Assembly: GCA_951406725.2 (NCBI GenBank)
Contig: OX597820.1
Coordinates: 45,756,001 to 45,820,000 of the forward strand
Length of the DNA: 64,000 bases
Direction of reading: 5' to 3'
DNA from: Octopus vulgaris
Taxonomy: Eukaryota
Shown piece by piece: positions 9,767-58,434 of the stretch. The notes below the pieces were generated by a model. It had not been told where the DNA came from and ran no database searches. It saw nothing but the letters and a program-made list of their open reading frames with translations. Positions within the stretch are counted from its first letter, which is position 1. Every line of letters begins with the position of its first letter. A program made the position numbers and the translations under genes.

Positions 9767-12700
9767 GCTTCAAATTTTGGCCAGCAAATTTGGGGAAGGG
9801 GATAATCGATTATATTGACCCCAGTACTTAACTGTACTTATTTTATCAACCCCAAAAAGGATGAAAGTCAACCTCAGCAGAAAAAAAAATAATAATAATG
9901 GTTTCAAATTTTGGTACAAGCCCAGCAATTTTAGGAGGAGAGAATCAATTAATTACAATGCCTCCAGTTCTGGACTGGTACTTTATTTTATTGACCTTGA
10001 AAAGATAAAAAGCAAAGTTGACCTTGGCAACATTTGAACTCAGAATGTGAAGAGCCAGAAGAAATACCACTAAATTCTTTTGCCTTACTTGTTAATGATT
10101 CTACCAGCTTGCTGCCTTAACAACAACAACAACAACAACTGTTAATAATATGATATTGATAATAATTTCTAATGTAAGTGCAAGAAAGTTGGTGCTGAGA
10201 AAAAAGTTGAATTTATTACTGCCAGTACTTGACTGTTTTTTTTTTATGTGCAGGTGGCATGTAAATAAAAACCATGTAAGCATGGCCGTTGCCAGTACTG
10301 TCTGATTGGCTCTTGTGCCGGTGGCATGTAAAAACACCCACTACACTCTCAGAGTGGTTGGCGTTAGGAAGGGTATCCAGCTGTAGAAACTCTGCCAGAT
10401 CAGATTGGAGACTGGTGCAGCCATCTGGCTCGCCAGTCCTCAGTCAAACCGTCCAACCCATGCCAGCATGGAAAGAGGATGTTAAACGATAATAATGATG
10501 ATGATGATGATGATGACCCTGATTTGATGAAAGGAAAAGCTGATCTAGGCAGGATTTGAACAGAGACCAGTTAACTCTATGGAGGTGTGTCTTTGCAAGG
10601 TGACCAATGCAATAATGACAATGTCAAGGTGTCCAAGATAAAGGGTGAAGGGTAATGACCCCCTTCAATCATGAATGACAATAGAATTGCACCTAGAAAG
10701 TTACCCTCTGAGGCACAAGTCTGGGCAAGGTTGTTTATGGAAGACCAGCAGATGCCCATACATACCAGCCTCCCCTCTCCATGCTACCGATATTATCCAA
10801 GGGTAAGGCAAAGGCCAATACAGCTTGGTATCAATGATGTCGCAACTCATTTCTACAGCTGAGTGGACTGGAGCAACATGAAAGAAAGTGTCTTGCTAAA
10901 GAACACAACACACAACCCAGTCTAGGAACCAAACTCACTACCTCTTGATTGTGAGCTCAATGCTCTAGCCATCTGCCTTCACTGGTGTCCAAGGTGAAGT
11001 GTCACCAGCTTCTTTTACTTCTCCACCAGAGTTCAGCAAATCAGACTCCTCTTTCTCTAATGATATTTGGTATTTTAGGTAGCTTATTGTGTAATCATTC
11101 TTTGGTGGGGGTGTTCTTTTCAGGGTACATTCAAAATACCACAAAACATATGCAAGAGCCATTCAGCATAGCTTCAAGTCTTCTCTTTAGTAACCAATTG
11201 GAAAAACCATAAAGTAACACAGATTCGTCTACCACGAGGAAGAAGTTCTTTTTCAGATTCTCTAAGAGCTAAGGCTTATGTCCATATTATGCTGAGACAC
11301 TGAAGTGTTATTCAAGCTTTGCTGATATGTAGCTTAACATCAGTCTATAGACCCAAAGAATCACTAAGTGAAAATGATTTGGAATGTCAAATTCACTTCT
11401 GTGAGAAAATATAGGGGCTTTTTTAGTTATGATGCACATCCCATTGATTACATAATTTGCTCAGATGGGGCAACGCTTTATGTGGAGGGATTAAATCAAT
11501 CAACATGACTATGCAATTTATGGTGCATATAACTGTCATAAAACTGGTAACAAAAGATGAGTGTAGTTCTGATTTGAACTCAGAAGCTGGAATAAATAAT
11601 CTGCTACTAGTACAAGGCCTTAAATTTCGGACAAGTGGAATAGACAATTACATTAAGCCCAGCGTTCAACTTATTTTGTTAACCCCAAAAGGATGAAAGG
11701 CAGAGTTGACCTCGACAGAATTTGAACTCAGAATGTAAAGATGGGTGATATGCCATTGAGTGTTTTGTCCTGCATGTTAAAACTTCTGCCAGCTCATGGT
11801 CCTTAACAAATACTGATGTATTTATTTGATAAAAAGAAAAGGCCCAGGTATGGCTGTGTGGTAAGATGTTTGCTTCCCAACCTCATGGCACCAGGTTCAG
11901 TCCCACTGTGTGGCATCTAGGGAAAGTATCTACTATAGCCCCAGATCAATCAAAGCTTTGTGAGTGGATTTGGTAGAGCAAAGCTTATAGAAGCCCATCA
12001 TGTGTGTGTGTGCCTACATGCATGCGTGTGTGTGTGCCTACGTGCATGCATGTGTGTGTGTGCCTACATGCATGTGTGTGCCTACGTGCATGTGTGTGTG
12101 CCTACATGCATGAGTATGTGTGCCTATGTGCATATGTGTGTGTGTATGTGCTGGTGCTACATAAAAAGCACTTAGTCTACATTGTAAGTTGGTCAGCATT
12201 AGGAAGGACATTCAGCTGCAAAAGCCATGACAAAACAGACACTTGTCAAATCATCCAGCCTATACCAGCACATACCATGGAAAACGGACATTATATGATG
12301 ATGATGATGATGATGGTGAAAGCACCCACTACACTCTCGAAGTGGTTAGCGTTAGGAAGGGCATCCAGCAGTAGAAACTCTGCCAGATCAGATTGGAGCC
12401 GCCTGGTGCAGCCATCTGGTTCACCAGTCCTCAGTCAAATTGTCCAACCCATGCTAGCATGGAAAGCGGACATTAAACGATGATGATGATGATGATATAA
12501 GTATGTTTGTGTGAATGTGTGTATGGTTGTGTCTCCTTGTATAGACATCACGTGATAGCTGTAAAATGGTTGTTACTATCATAAAAGCAATGTCATTCAT
12601 CATCATCATCATTGTTTAACATCCGCTTTCCATGCTAGCATGGGTTGGACGATTTGACTGAAGACTGGCGAATCAGATGGCTGCACTAGGCACCAACCTG

Positions 12701-13579
12701 ATTGGGCAGAGTTTCCACAGCTGAATGCACTTCCTAACACCAACTACTCTGAGAGTGTAGTGGGTACTTTTATGTGCCACCGGCACAAGGGCCAGCCAGT
12801 CGGTACTGGCAACAGCTATGCTCAAGTGGTGTTTTTTACATGCCACCTGCACAGGAGCCAGTCCAGTGGCACTGGCAAGACCTCGCTTGAATGTTTTTCA
12901 CGTGCCACCAGTAAGGCGACGCTGGTAACGATCACATTTGAATGGTGCTTTTTACGTGCCACCGGCACGGAAGCCAGTCAGCTGCTCTGGCAGCTGACGC
13001 TTCATTTCTAATATTTTGCAGGAACATATCTGGCCATGGGAAAATATTACCTTGCATGGAAACAGGTGAGAGTTGGTGACAGGAAAGGCACCCAGCTGTA
13101 GAAAAATCCACCTGATTAAACTCCATCTGACCCAAGCAAGCAAGGAAAAGTGGACATTAAAATGAGGATGATGATGACAATGGTGGTGGTGGTGGTGGTG
13201 GTGGTGATGATGATGAATAATATTTGCACAAAAGCCTTCTATTTTTACTTTTTGCTATCATATGCAAGACACTGAATAAAATATATATATTTCTTTACTA
13301 CCCACAAGGGGCTAAACATAGAGAGGACAAACAAAGACAGACAAAGGGATTAAGTCGATTACATCGACCCCAGTGCGAAACTGGTACTTAATTTATCGAC
13401 TCCGAAACGATGAAAGGCAAAGTCGACCTCGGCGGAATTTGAACTCAGAATGTAACGACAGACGAAATACGGCTACGCATTTCGCCCGGCGTGCTAACTG
13501 TTCTGCCAGCTCAACTATAAGTGTAAAGCATTGCAACATATGAAACATCATTTTTAACATAAGAAATTGCCACTGTAAA

Positions 13580-13764
13580 TACAAAAGCAATAAATTTTAT
13601 TGAATTGAAATGAAATTAATAACGTGAGAAAAGTCTTAAAAAGTCATAGAGAAAAGTCTTAAAAATGTCTTAACAAGCCATTACAGACTAAAAGAAGCAA
13701 CAACAACAACAACAACAATAGCAATAATAATAATAATAATAATAACAATAATAATAATAATAAC

Positions 13765-13837
<73 letters not shown>

Positions 13838-14024
13838 TGACCAAGCTGATGGCTTTATTAAATAATAAATTAATTACACAATTAATTATATTGACACTGA
13901 AAATGCTGTTGATTGAAAAATACTGAGTGATACTTTTAAATGTTTGAGATCTTAGTGAGTCCAGAGGCATTTGAATAGTGTCAAAGTATCAGGATAAGGT
14001 AGATATGTTAGTTCTGGTAGGAAT
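13580..14024 (-). other. Probable terminal 3'-UTR exon of HEXD with AATAAA at 13596-13601
   Basis: Strong acceptor ctgtttttcttttgtctcttctgcag|ATT at 14024 could pair with donor CAG|gtaagt at 15373; contains a (TTA)n/(TTG)n tract. Confidence 0.55.
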
Positions 14025-14404
14025 CTGCAGAAGAGACAAAAGAAAAACAGACAGATAGAATGATAGACAGACAGAATGACAAGTACAGTAAAGTTTGCTA
14101 AGTTAACAGTTATTGTCTGGCAACTTAGAGTATTGCTGGCTCCCTACCTACCTGCCTACTTATCTACCTACCTGCATGCCTACCAACCCACCTACCTACC
14201 TACTTTCATACATACATTCTTTTAATATTTTACTTCTTCAATTATTTGACTGTGGCCATGCTGAGGCACCGCCTTTGTTGAAGAAATTGACCCCAGAACT
14301 TTTTTTTAAGCTTGGTACTTATTCTAACAGTCTCTCTTTGCTGAACTGCTAAGTTACTGGGATGTTAACAAGTGGTGGTGGTATGTACGTACATATGTAC
14401 ATAC

Positions 14405-14750
14405 ATTCTGAGATCCCCTTCGGTCATGACACAGAATATGGGATTGCACCTAGAAAGTTACCCTTCCAGACACAAGTCCGGGCAAGGTTGTTTATGGAAG
14501 ACCAGCAGTCGCCTATGCATACTGGCCTCCCCTTCTCCACGCCACCAGTGTTATCCAAGGGAAAGGCAACAGCTGATACAGCTTGGTACCTGTGACGTCG
14601 CAACTCATTTCTACAGCTGAGTGAACTGGAGCAACGTGAAATAAAGTGTCTTGCTCAAGAACATAACACGCAGCCCGGTCTGGGATTCGAACTCACAACC
14701 TCATGATTGTAAGCTTGACACTCTAACCACTGAGCCATGTGCCTTCACGT
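14405..14750 (-). mobile_element. tRNA-derived SINE, second family (copies at 10655-10985, 48140-48465, 20825-21075)
   Basis: Head gtgaaggcacatggctcagtggttagag..gagttcgaatccc with A and B boxes. Confidence 0.75.
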
Positions 14751-14763
14751 ACATACATACATA

Positions 14764-15330
14764 CAGTACTGTGCAAAAGTCTTCAGCCACTTTAAACTAT
14801 TGTAAACTTCTACTAATTGCCAACTTATAAGTGGATGTTTCGCACTGCATTTCTTACAGATCAACCATTGGCCCTGTTGGAATCATTTTCATGCAAAATC
14901 ATTATATTTTGTAGTAGGGATTCTGAATGAGAGGGGAAGATGCAAAACGGTCACCAAAAATGGCTGTACAAAAGTCCTCGTCCACCTCACATAAACCAAT
15001 CAAAATACAGTGTTTTAAAACAGAAAAATATCTGTAATGAAAGTTTATTACATAATGTTCATTTCAAGAAGTACTGTACATTGTTAATATTTCATGTGGC
15101 TTCCCTTAGCTTGAATAATTGTGTTAATGTACATGGGAAGAGATGTGTACAGATCCTTCACCATCTTAACAGGTTTGAGATGCCATTCTCTGTGGTTGAG
15201 CTCCCACAACTCTTCAAGACTGCATGAATTCTTTTGACAAACTCTTCTCTTTAGTTCTGTCCACATTTGTTTGATGATACTTAAGTCAGGGCTCTGAGCT
15301 GGCCAGTCTTTCAAGACTATATCACAAAGT
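14764..15330 (-). mobile_element. Tc1 (DD34E-type) 3' fragment
   Basis: TA + TIR cagtactgtgcaaaagt; DWPAQSPDLSIIKQMWTELKRRV. Confidence 0.7.
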
Positions 15331-15439
15331 CACATTTCCATGGTCCCAATGAAACAACCACTCAGCACTTACCTGTAAAGATGTTTGACAACTACAGTCT
15401 GCCTAGGCAATATAAGGTCCACACTCTAAATATAAATTA

Positions 15440-50758
<35,319 letters not shown>

Positions 50759-51283
50759 TGCAGAAAGACCTGAAAAATATAAAAAGAGATAAAATATGTA
50801 TATAAGCTTCATAATTGTCGTTATTGATTTCTTTAAGGGAAGAGATGGTATTTAATCCAGTCTTACAAAGACTGCAGTCTGCAGAACTTTCTGGAAAATT
50901 ACTTTGAGTTTATTTTAGTTGTGCAGCCCACCTCTATGATGAGCCATGTCTCATGCAGCTCACCTCTCAAAAATGTTTCCTATACCTGTTCTAATCAGTT
51001 CCCAGTTAATTACAGGTAATACTTACACTGACTTCTAATATCAGCAAAAAGTCACACTTTTCAGGGGAAGAGTATGATCAATTACATCAACCTAGTATTT
51101 GACAAGTTACTTATTTTACAGATGCTGAAAAGAAGAAAAGCAAAATAAGCCTTCACAGGATTTGAACTCAGAACATAAAGGGCTATGCCTAAATACCACA
51201 AAGCATTTGTTTGATTCTGTAATGTTTCTGCCAGTTCACAACTTTATCATATTAACTGCAGCTCTGACAGGAGGGGTATGTAA

Positions 51284-51504
51284 CCCTTTCGTTACCAACC
51301 TGGTCAAAACCGGCTCTGGCTCTGTAGTACAGATGTCTTGTTTTCATAAGGTTTGTATTAAAATATACCACCAAACCTTAGTCACAATCTATGTTCCTAA
51401 CACTAGCTTAATGATAACTAAGTTATTTGACTAAATTCTTTGTTATATTTAAAATAATTAAAAGAAACACAGAGCATCTCAAAATAAATACAGTAACGAA
51501 AGGG
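51284..51504. mobile_element. piggyBac-like MITE
   Basis: TIRs ccctttcgttac / gtaacgaaaggg with degenerate TTAA. Confidence 0.6.
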
Positions 51505-54500
51505 CTAAAGCCACAAGGATCATAAGAAAACATAGTCCAGATCTCTAATAACTCTCTCTACATTCAAATATTGTAGAATGTCATGGAAGATGCTGTGATG
51601 CTGCACGGCAGAGATAAACAGGCCCTAAATGGAAGCAGTGAAGTGGACATGTTCCATGGATATGTAATGTTCATAAATGAAAAAGTACAAATGAGCAGTC
51701 CATGCTGGTATGGGCAAGTGATGTATACGGAGCATGACAGCTGTATAAAGAACTGCAGGATACCCAAAGTTGATGGAATCTGTGATAGATAGAAACCCAG
51801 GAAGATAAAATGGTGAAGATCAATCTCAGGATGCAGTACCTTGCTGAGGAGATGACAAAAAACTGAGATGATTGGTGAGACACAGTGTTGAGAAGGTCCA
51901 TCCACTTGCGTAAGTATGGCGAAATGAACATCAAAATCATTAAAGATAGAGAGCAAAGATGGAAGCATCTGCATTTAGGTCTCCAGCCAATCTGTTGCTG
52001 TCTCTGCTTCTTAATATCTTCTCATTTATCTTTCACTCACCTCTCTCCTTCTAACCAGTGTAATATACTAAGGTTGGTATGATCATTCTCCCATCCCAAT
52101 CACTTTGATTCTACTGTCATACTCACATATCCTCCATCCATCTATCGTGACTTCTTCTGTCATCAGTCTTGCAACTACTCATCTTTCTTGTCTATACCCT
52201 GAATAAATGAGCACATCATATAGTGAGGGCTTTTCTCTTAGAGGATGCAAGGCAACCTCACTAGTACTGGTGCAATGATAAAAAAGCACCCAGTGCATTC
52301 TATAAATTGGTTGGCAAACAGGCAGAGACAATATAAACTTGAGAGGCTCCTTCAATCTTGTCAAGGACACAATAACCTCTCAAGTGCTGGTGCCATAATA
52401 AAATACATAAAAGTAGTTGGTGATAGGAAAGGTAGCTAACTATAGAAAAGATCTGATCCTTTGATGTATTTAATTAGGCAACTCAGAATAAGAACTGACT
52501 TGGACCATGACAATCCATCCAACCCATACTGAGATGGAAAACGAACATAAAATGACAACAATACATATACTTATATATGTACGTACGTAAGTGTATATAT
52601 ACATATATATATATATATTTCACCTCACTGGTGCCCTGTAAAAAGCACCCAGTACACTCGGTAAAGTGGCTGGCATTAGAAAGGGCTTCATCCAGCTGTA
52701 GAAGCCATGTCAAAATAGAAAATTGACCTTGGCCATGTCTTCTGACTTGTCAGATTCTGTCAAACTGCCCAACCCATGCCAGCATGGAGAACAAGCGTTA
52801 AATGATGATGATGATTGATACCTACCTACCTACTTATCTGCCTGCCTGCTTACCTACACACACTAGATCATCTGATGGTTTCAGCTATTAACATCTAAGT
52901 CCTTTTAAAAATTAAACATATTTGCCCATTCAAACTCAGGTTTATTGATTGGAATAAAAGGTAGTTTTACTGGAATTTTTTGGTAACATTTATCGAGGTG
53001 GATTTGAAATTGCAAGTTGCTTAATCTGGATTGAACAAAGATGAGTCAGTTGTGGTACAATTAGTGTGTTTATTACCGTTTAGCCCCAGATCAGAGCTGA
53101 TTCAGTAGTTGGGTGATAAAAGACATCCCACATCTGATCTCCCTAGCTTTTATTCAGACACATTATATCTGGGATATAATGTGTCCTGTTTTTTTTTAAG
53201 GCAATAGGATCAGTTGAGAGTGATTTGGTTGCTGTTTCTAGCAGACGGAATGATGGCGTGGGGGGAACACAAGCCAACGTGGGAGCCTGTATGCGTTTGC
53301 TTGACCTGTTAGAAATAACAGCCAACCCTCCTTCGAACCATACGCTACTCTCTTTGAAAGAAGGACAAGTCCTTGAGAATAAGATGGGATGATGAAGGTT
53401 GGAACGTCCTTGGTCATAAGTTTTATTGATCAGGACTGATCTGGAACTACCACTCCTAACCAGGAACAGGTTCTCTCGTTGGCTCCTGGTATAATTATTA
53501 TTATTGCAGACTGTTTTCTGTCTGCTCGTATTTAGACTACGAAATGGTTCGAATGTTGCCGAGTTCTAGTCCTGTCTCCCACTCAGGACCACCCATCGGA
53601 ATCATTAGAATAAAATTTGAGTTACTCTTTTCATAGTTTGGACTGACGATCGTAGGCGTTGAAGCTGTGATAATCCCTTCAGTTTGTTTATTTACGACTC
53701 TATTAGCCAATGTTTATCATTCTTTTGGACACTACCGTGTGATCTGAAGGATATTTTGCTGCTGTTTCTAGCAGGTCGAGTTAACCTGCTGCGGTTCATC
53801 GTCGGTTCGTTGAAAAAAAATTTGCACCCTTAAAAAGGGTATTAAGTGGGGGTACATGTGTGGATAGCAAAGGTGGTGGAGAGACTGACAAATTATCACA
53901 TTTAATAAAATTAAGATCTTAATCTATTTTAAAAACTTGTCCAACATTGGGGCGAAGGAAGAATTGTTTGAATGCAAGCTCTATTTTCTTTTAATACAGA
54001 CTAATATGCTGGGCAAAATTTCTTTCCAAAATTGGCAGTAGTGGTGGTGGGGTATTTGTCAGTTTGAGAACCGGTACCATAAATGGCTTCGGTATTCGAA
54101 ACAAACGGTTAGCTTATTGACTAAAATAAAATAAATTAGGACCAATTTTCGTAAGTTTGCAATACCAACTATAACGTTTTTTTCTTAGTATCTGCAGCGA
54201 TTGAACTTAACAGTTTAAATACGCAAAATAATTAAATTAAATAAATATCCACACATACATGTGACTATATCGATGCAGGTGTGTATGTGCACGCAATACT
54301 TCGTGTGCACATGTGTGTGCGTTTAGTTTTGTAATTCTAATAAGCACTGATTTGGCAGATCTAATATTATAACTACGGCGTTTCGAGATCGTGTATCTAA
54401 GATGTACATTATCGAATGTGTCCTTCCGCTTTGAAGATTGTAGGATATTATTTGAAAAGAGAGTCGGTGGATAGCTGCAAGAAGTAGAATGATCCCGGAA

Positions 54501-54710
54501 AGGAATCCGCGTTGACTCATGAAAGTAGGTAAATGAAAATGCATATAAGGAAGTTCCCAAAACTGGAAATGGTAAAGTTCCCAAAACTGGAAACAAGGTA
54601 AAGACGATCAGAGTACCCCAAAACTTTTAATAAAAATAAACCGAACAATTACAAACACATACACTATATATGTATATATATATACACACAAGGTATACAT
54701 ATAAGATTAC

Positions 54711-54770
54711 CTGAAAGTGTGCTGAGTACATAAATTTGACGTCAATCAACAACAATGCCAAGTATTGGAG
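54711..54770 (-). promoter_or_regulatory. Candidate HEXD promoter and non-coding exon 1
   Basis: Donor CAG|gtaatc at 54711/54710; palindromic CRE TGACGTCA at 54737-54744; CCAAT on the minus strand at 54764-54768; CpG-retaining region; the ATG exon has an acceptor, so an upstream exon is needed. Confidence 0.45.
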
Positions 54771-55981
54771 CAATAAACTTTACTTATTTCTTTAATATTT
54801 TGGAAATGAATTTCCACCTCATGGTTAGAGCAATGAGTTATCTCCCCTGCATCAGTACTATCCGGTGAATGTTCGTTGTTGTTACTGTTCAGGAAGAACG
54901 AACGCAGAAGGAAGTATTTGGATGATTGTTCGATTGAAATTGCCATTAAATCTCCCCGAAAACGACACCTTGCTGTCTTTAAAATGACTAATAATAATAA
55001 TAATAAATGCCCTGATGCAATACTACGCAGTGACTGGTGGTTTCTGATCTTAACTGATTGGAAGCGTTAACGTGTACATATTTTGTCTTGGTGCAAAGGA
55101 TGGGCTACAGCAAATATTCTGCTCAATACCGGATATTTGCTTGTCAGTTGCTTCACCATAACCAGTTGAGCATGTCCTTTAGTGGTTGCCGGTATGTGCA
55201 TCTCTGTTCACAAGCAGGAGTAGTGGTGGGGGGCATCATAGCCATGTGTTGGGATTCTTTGGAGTTTGAATAATTCACCTCTGGAAACATGAGTGTTTCG
55301 TTCATCATCCTTAATTCTTATTCGGGGAACTTTTGAGTTGGATAGGTTACTTGACCTGAAGAAAATTCTAATTGGGCCCAAACTACAAGGTCATGGCTGT
55401 GATGCATGTGTCTGGTGTACCCTTATCGGACGGGTAGTCATGGTGGGTATACTGGACTTCGTATATTTGTACCCCGGCGTCACTTTTGATGGCGTGTGCT
55501 GCTCTCTCACCCAATGATAATGTTGTCTTGGATATACTATGCTTGAATTTAAAAAAAAAAGACCGGAATCGCCATAAGATATACTCTATGTCATAAACTA
55601 GGCAAAGGCAGCAAAGCTGTCAGTATCGTCAACACATCGGACAAAATGCTGAGCGGTATTTCATCCGTCTTAACGTTCTGGGTTCAAATTTCACAGACGT
55701 CGATCTTGTCTTTCGTTCTTTCGGAGTCGATCAAATAAGTAGCAGTTGAACACCGGAATCGATGTAATCGCCTCCCACCATAATTTCAATCTTTGTGCCT
55801 ATAGCAGAAAGGATTATAAAGTAGGTATTTACACATATATACTAACAAACATGCATACGTATGTGTCTATTCTATATATATAACTATGTGTGAGTATACA
55901 CCCTTAGCACTGTATGTGTGTGTGTTTATATATATATATATATATTAGAAAAAATGAGGTACTCAGAAATTCGGATGGTTT

Positions 55982-56273
55982 TCGAACCGCTAAGTCATTT
56001 TATCGATCTCGTTTGGCGAATCGCTACGTCGATCATGTTTGTCGAAACGCTAAGTCAGTTTAGTAATTTTATCGATCATTTTTGGCGATCCGCTAAATCA
56101 TTTTATCGATCTTGATTAGCGAACCGCTAAGTCATTTAATCGATTTTGTTTGGCGAACCGCTAGATAATTTTATCGATCTCATTTGGCGAACCGCTAAGT
56201 TGATCATGTTTGTCGAAACGCTAAGTCCTTTTATCGATCATTTTTGGCGAACCGCTAAGTCATTTTATCGATC
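55982..56273 (+). repeat. Minisatellite, ~25-35-bp unit (ggcgaaccgctaagtcattttatcgatc..)
   Basis: About ten variant units with higher-order alternation. Confidence 0.85.
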
Positions 56274-57950
56274 TAATGAAGAATTAGACTTTTTTGTTAT
56301 ATTTTCTGTAATGAACTGGAGTACCTATGTTTCGAATTTCATCAAAATTGCAGATGAGGGTTATTTCCCTCTTTACACACCCAGACAAAATTGTAATCGT
56401 GCCACATGTATCCCATACTACTGGTTTTTATGCGCATATTCCAAAATTCCAGTCTTATTGAACCTGTTAAAAGGATTTTGCTCCTGATAAATGGAGGTCA
56501 TGGAGCACTAAAATGTGAGAGTTAACGCCCCTATTGGGGATGGGCATCTTAATGTCAATCAGACAAGTTGGATTGTTGAGGATCTTTTTATCTTGGGTCT
56601 TATATCTATTGTTTGAATTTCTTTGAAATAGGAAATATATGTTCACTGGATTTGTAAAAGAGAGCAAAGCTACAGGAAACCAAAAGACGAATGATCGCAA
56701 TAAGCAGTCAGCTACAATACCCTAGTCGTTACCACTCCCAATGTAGTATTCCTCACCATGCAGGTGACAGGCACAGCCGTAAGATGCATTACGAATCTAT
56801 AGCAATTGGAAGGGCGTGACCCAACTGAAATAAACATCAACAGTTGTGTGATGTGAAGGCTAAGGAGAAACGAAAGTTGGAGTTTGCATACGTAACTGGA
56901 CAGAATAAATATACAATCTATAAATGTCTTTGAATAACCAGTCACTCATCTGTGAAGGCTTTGAAATCAATGTTACCATGTGGGGACTATGTGTGACCCA
57001 GTGATAATAAAAGGACTGAAAGGAGATCTGCAATCAAATAACTTTACTCAACACTTTGCAACTGAATCAGTGGAGACAAAGATGCCTCTCATTTACTTGA
57101 CAATTTTTGCAGCACATTGCAGAAATCACAATCTAAGTGTATGTCAAAGCAAACTCTTACACTGTTGTACCATTGAATTACACATAATGCTCATCTTCTA
57201 TGCTCGGATGACCCCACAGCTTCCAAGAGTACAACTATTCGTCTTTGCTTAGATAAAATGACAAAATTGTGGGTGTTAAGTCCCCATGAAGGGGTTTTTC
57301 TAACTTGTAAGAAGATGAAATTTTATAAATATTACTTCATTTGTATCTAATATCTATGGTTAAAATTTCATCAGCAGCAAAATATATATAAACTGTCATG
57401 GGGGTTGTGGCCCTTATGCATAGAATATAATTTCCAAATTTCGTAAAGATCCATTCAGTACTTTTGACTTAGTTTTGGATCATAAAAGAAATGACTAAAA
57501 TTTGGGAGTTAAGGCCCCCATTAGGGTGTATTAGAATCCCCATGTGAAGTGGAAACTTTGTGAATACTTCTTGATGTGTGTCAATTACCCAAGGTTGAAA
57601 TTTCATCAACATCGAAAATTTATGAATTTTCATGGGGTGGGGTTTCTGCCCCCTTTAAGCCATCTGAAATTCAAACCAAACATATTGCATTGTACCCGCC
57701 CTTATGCATTGAATCTAAGTTTCAGGTATCATAAGGATCCATTCAGTAATTTTGGTCCATGAAATTGTATGAAACACACAGCATTACCCTTCTTCCTAGG
57801 CTTCGATTTTGTGTTCCAAATTTCATTATGATCGGTGCAGCAGTTGCAGATGTATAAGTAATACACGAACACATAAAGACATTGTCTGTGATATAATAAA
57901 AATGAATGTAAACATATACATACATGTCTATATATGTGTGCGTGTGTGTG

Positions 57951-57991
<41 letters not shown>

Positions 57992-58193
57992 AAGATAAAT
58001 TGATAGATACAACTGAGTGGGCAAACAAAAATATGAGACACAGCGTAGTGCTTTTTTTATGTTGATAAGCCTAGTACTTATTCTATTAGTTTCTTCTTGT
58101 GAAACCAGTAAGTTATGGGGATGTAAGTAAACGAACAGCAGTTGTGAAGCAGTGATGGGGGTGATTCACTTAAATATATACATACATATATAT

Positions 58194-58335
58194 CTGTTGA
58201 AGAGCGTAGGCTCGAAACGTTAAAGACTTGTTTTATTTATATTTCCTGAGCGCCATACTAATACAATTGTTCGTTTGTTTTCCACCTGCCTTCGTCTTTT
58301 GTTTATTTTCATAAAAGTTTTCATAAAGCTTCCCG

Positions 58336-58337
<2 letters not shown>
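58194..58337 (+). mobile_element. 5'-truncated pLTR-like element with hammerhead-like core, ending in (TA)n
   Basis: CTGTTGA a gagc gtag gctc GAAAC GTT aaag ... tttcctgagcg; related to the 2833/4385 family. Confidence 0.5.

Positions 58338-58434
<97 letters not shown>

Noticed and set aside
54551-54593. 19-bp direct repeat near the candidate promoter as a regulatory element
   Set aside because: Only two copies and no confident factor motif; a simple slippage duplication is enough to explain it
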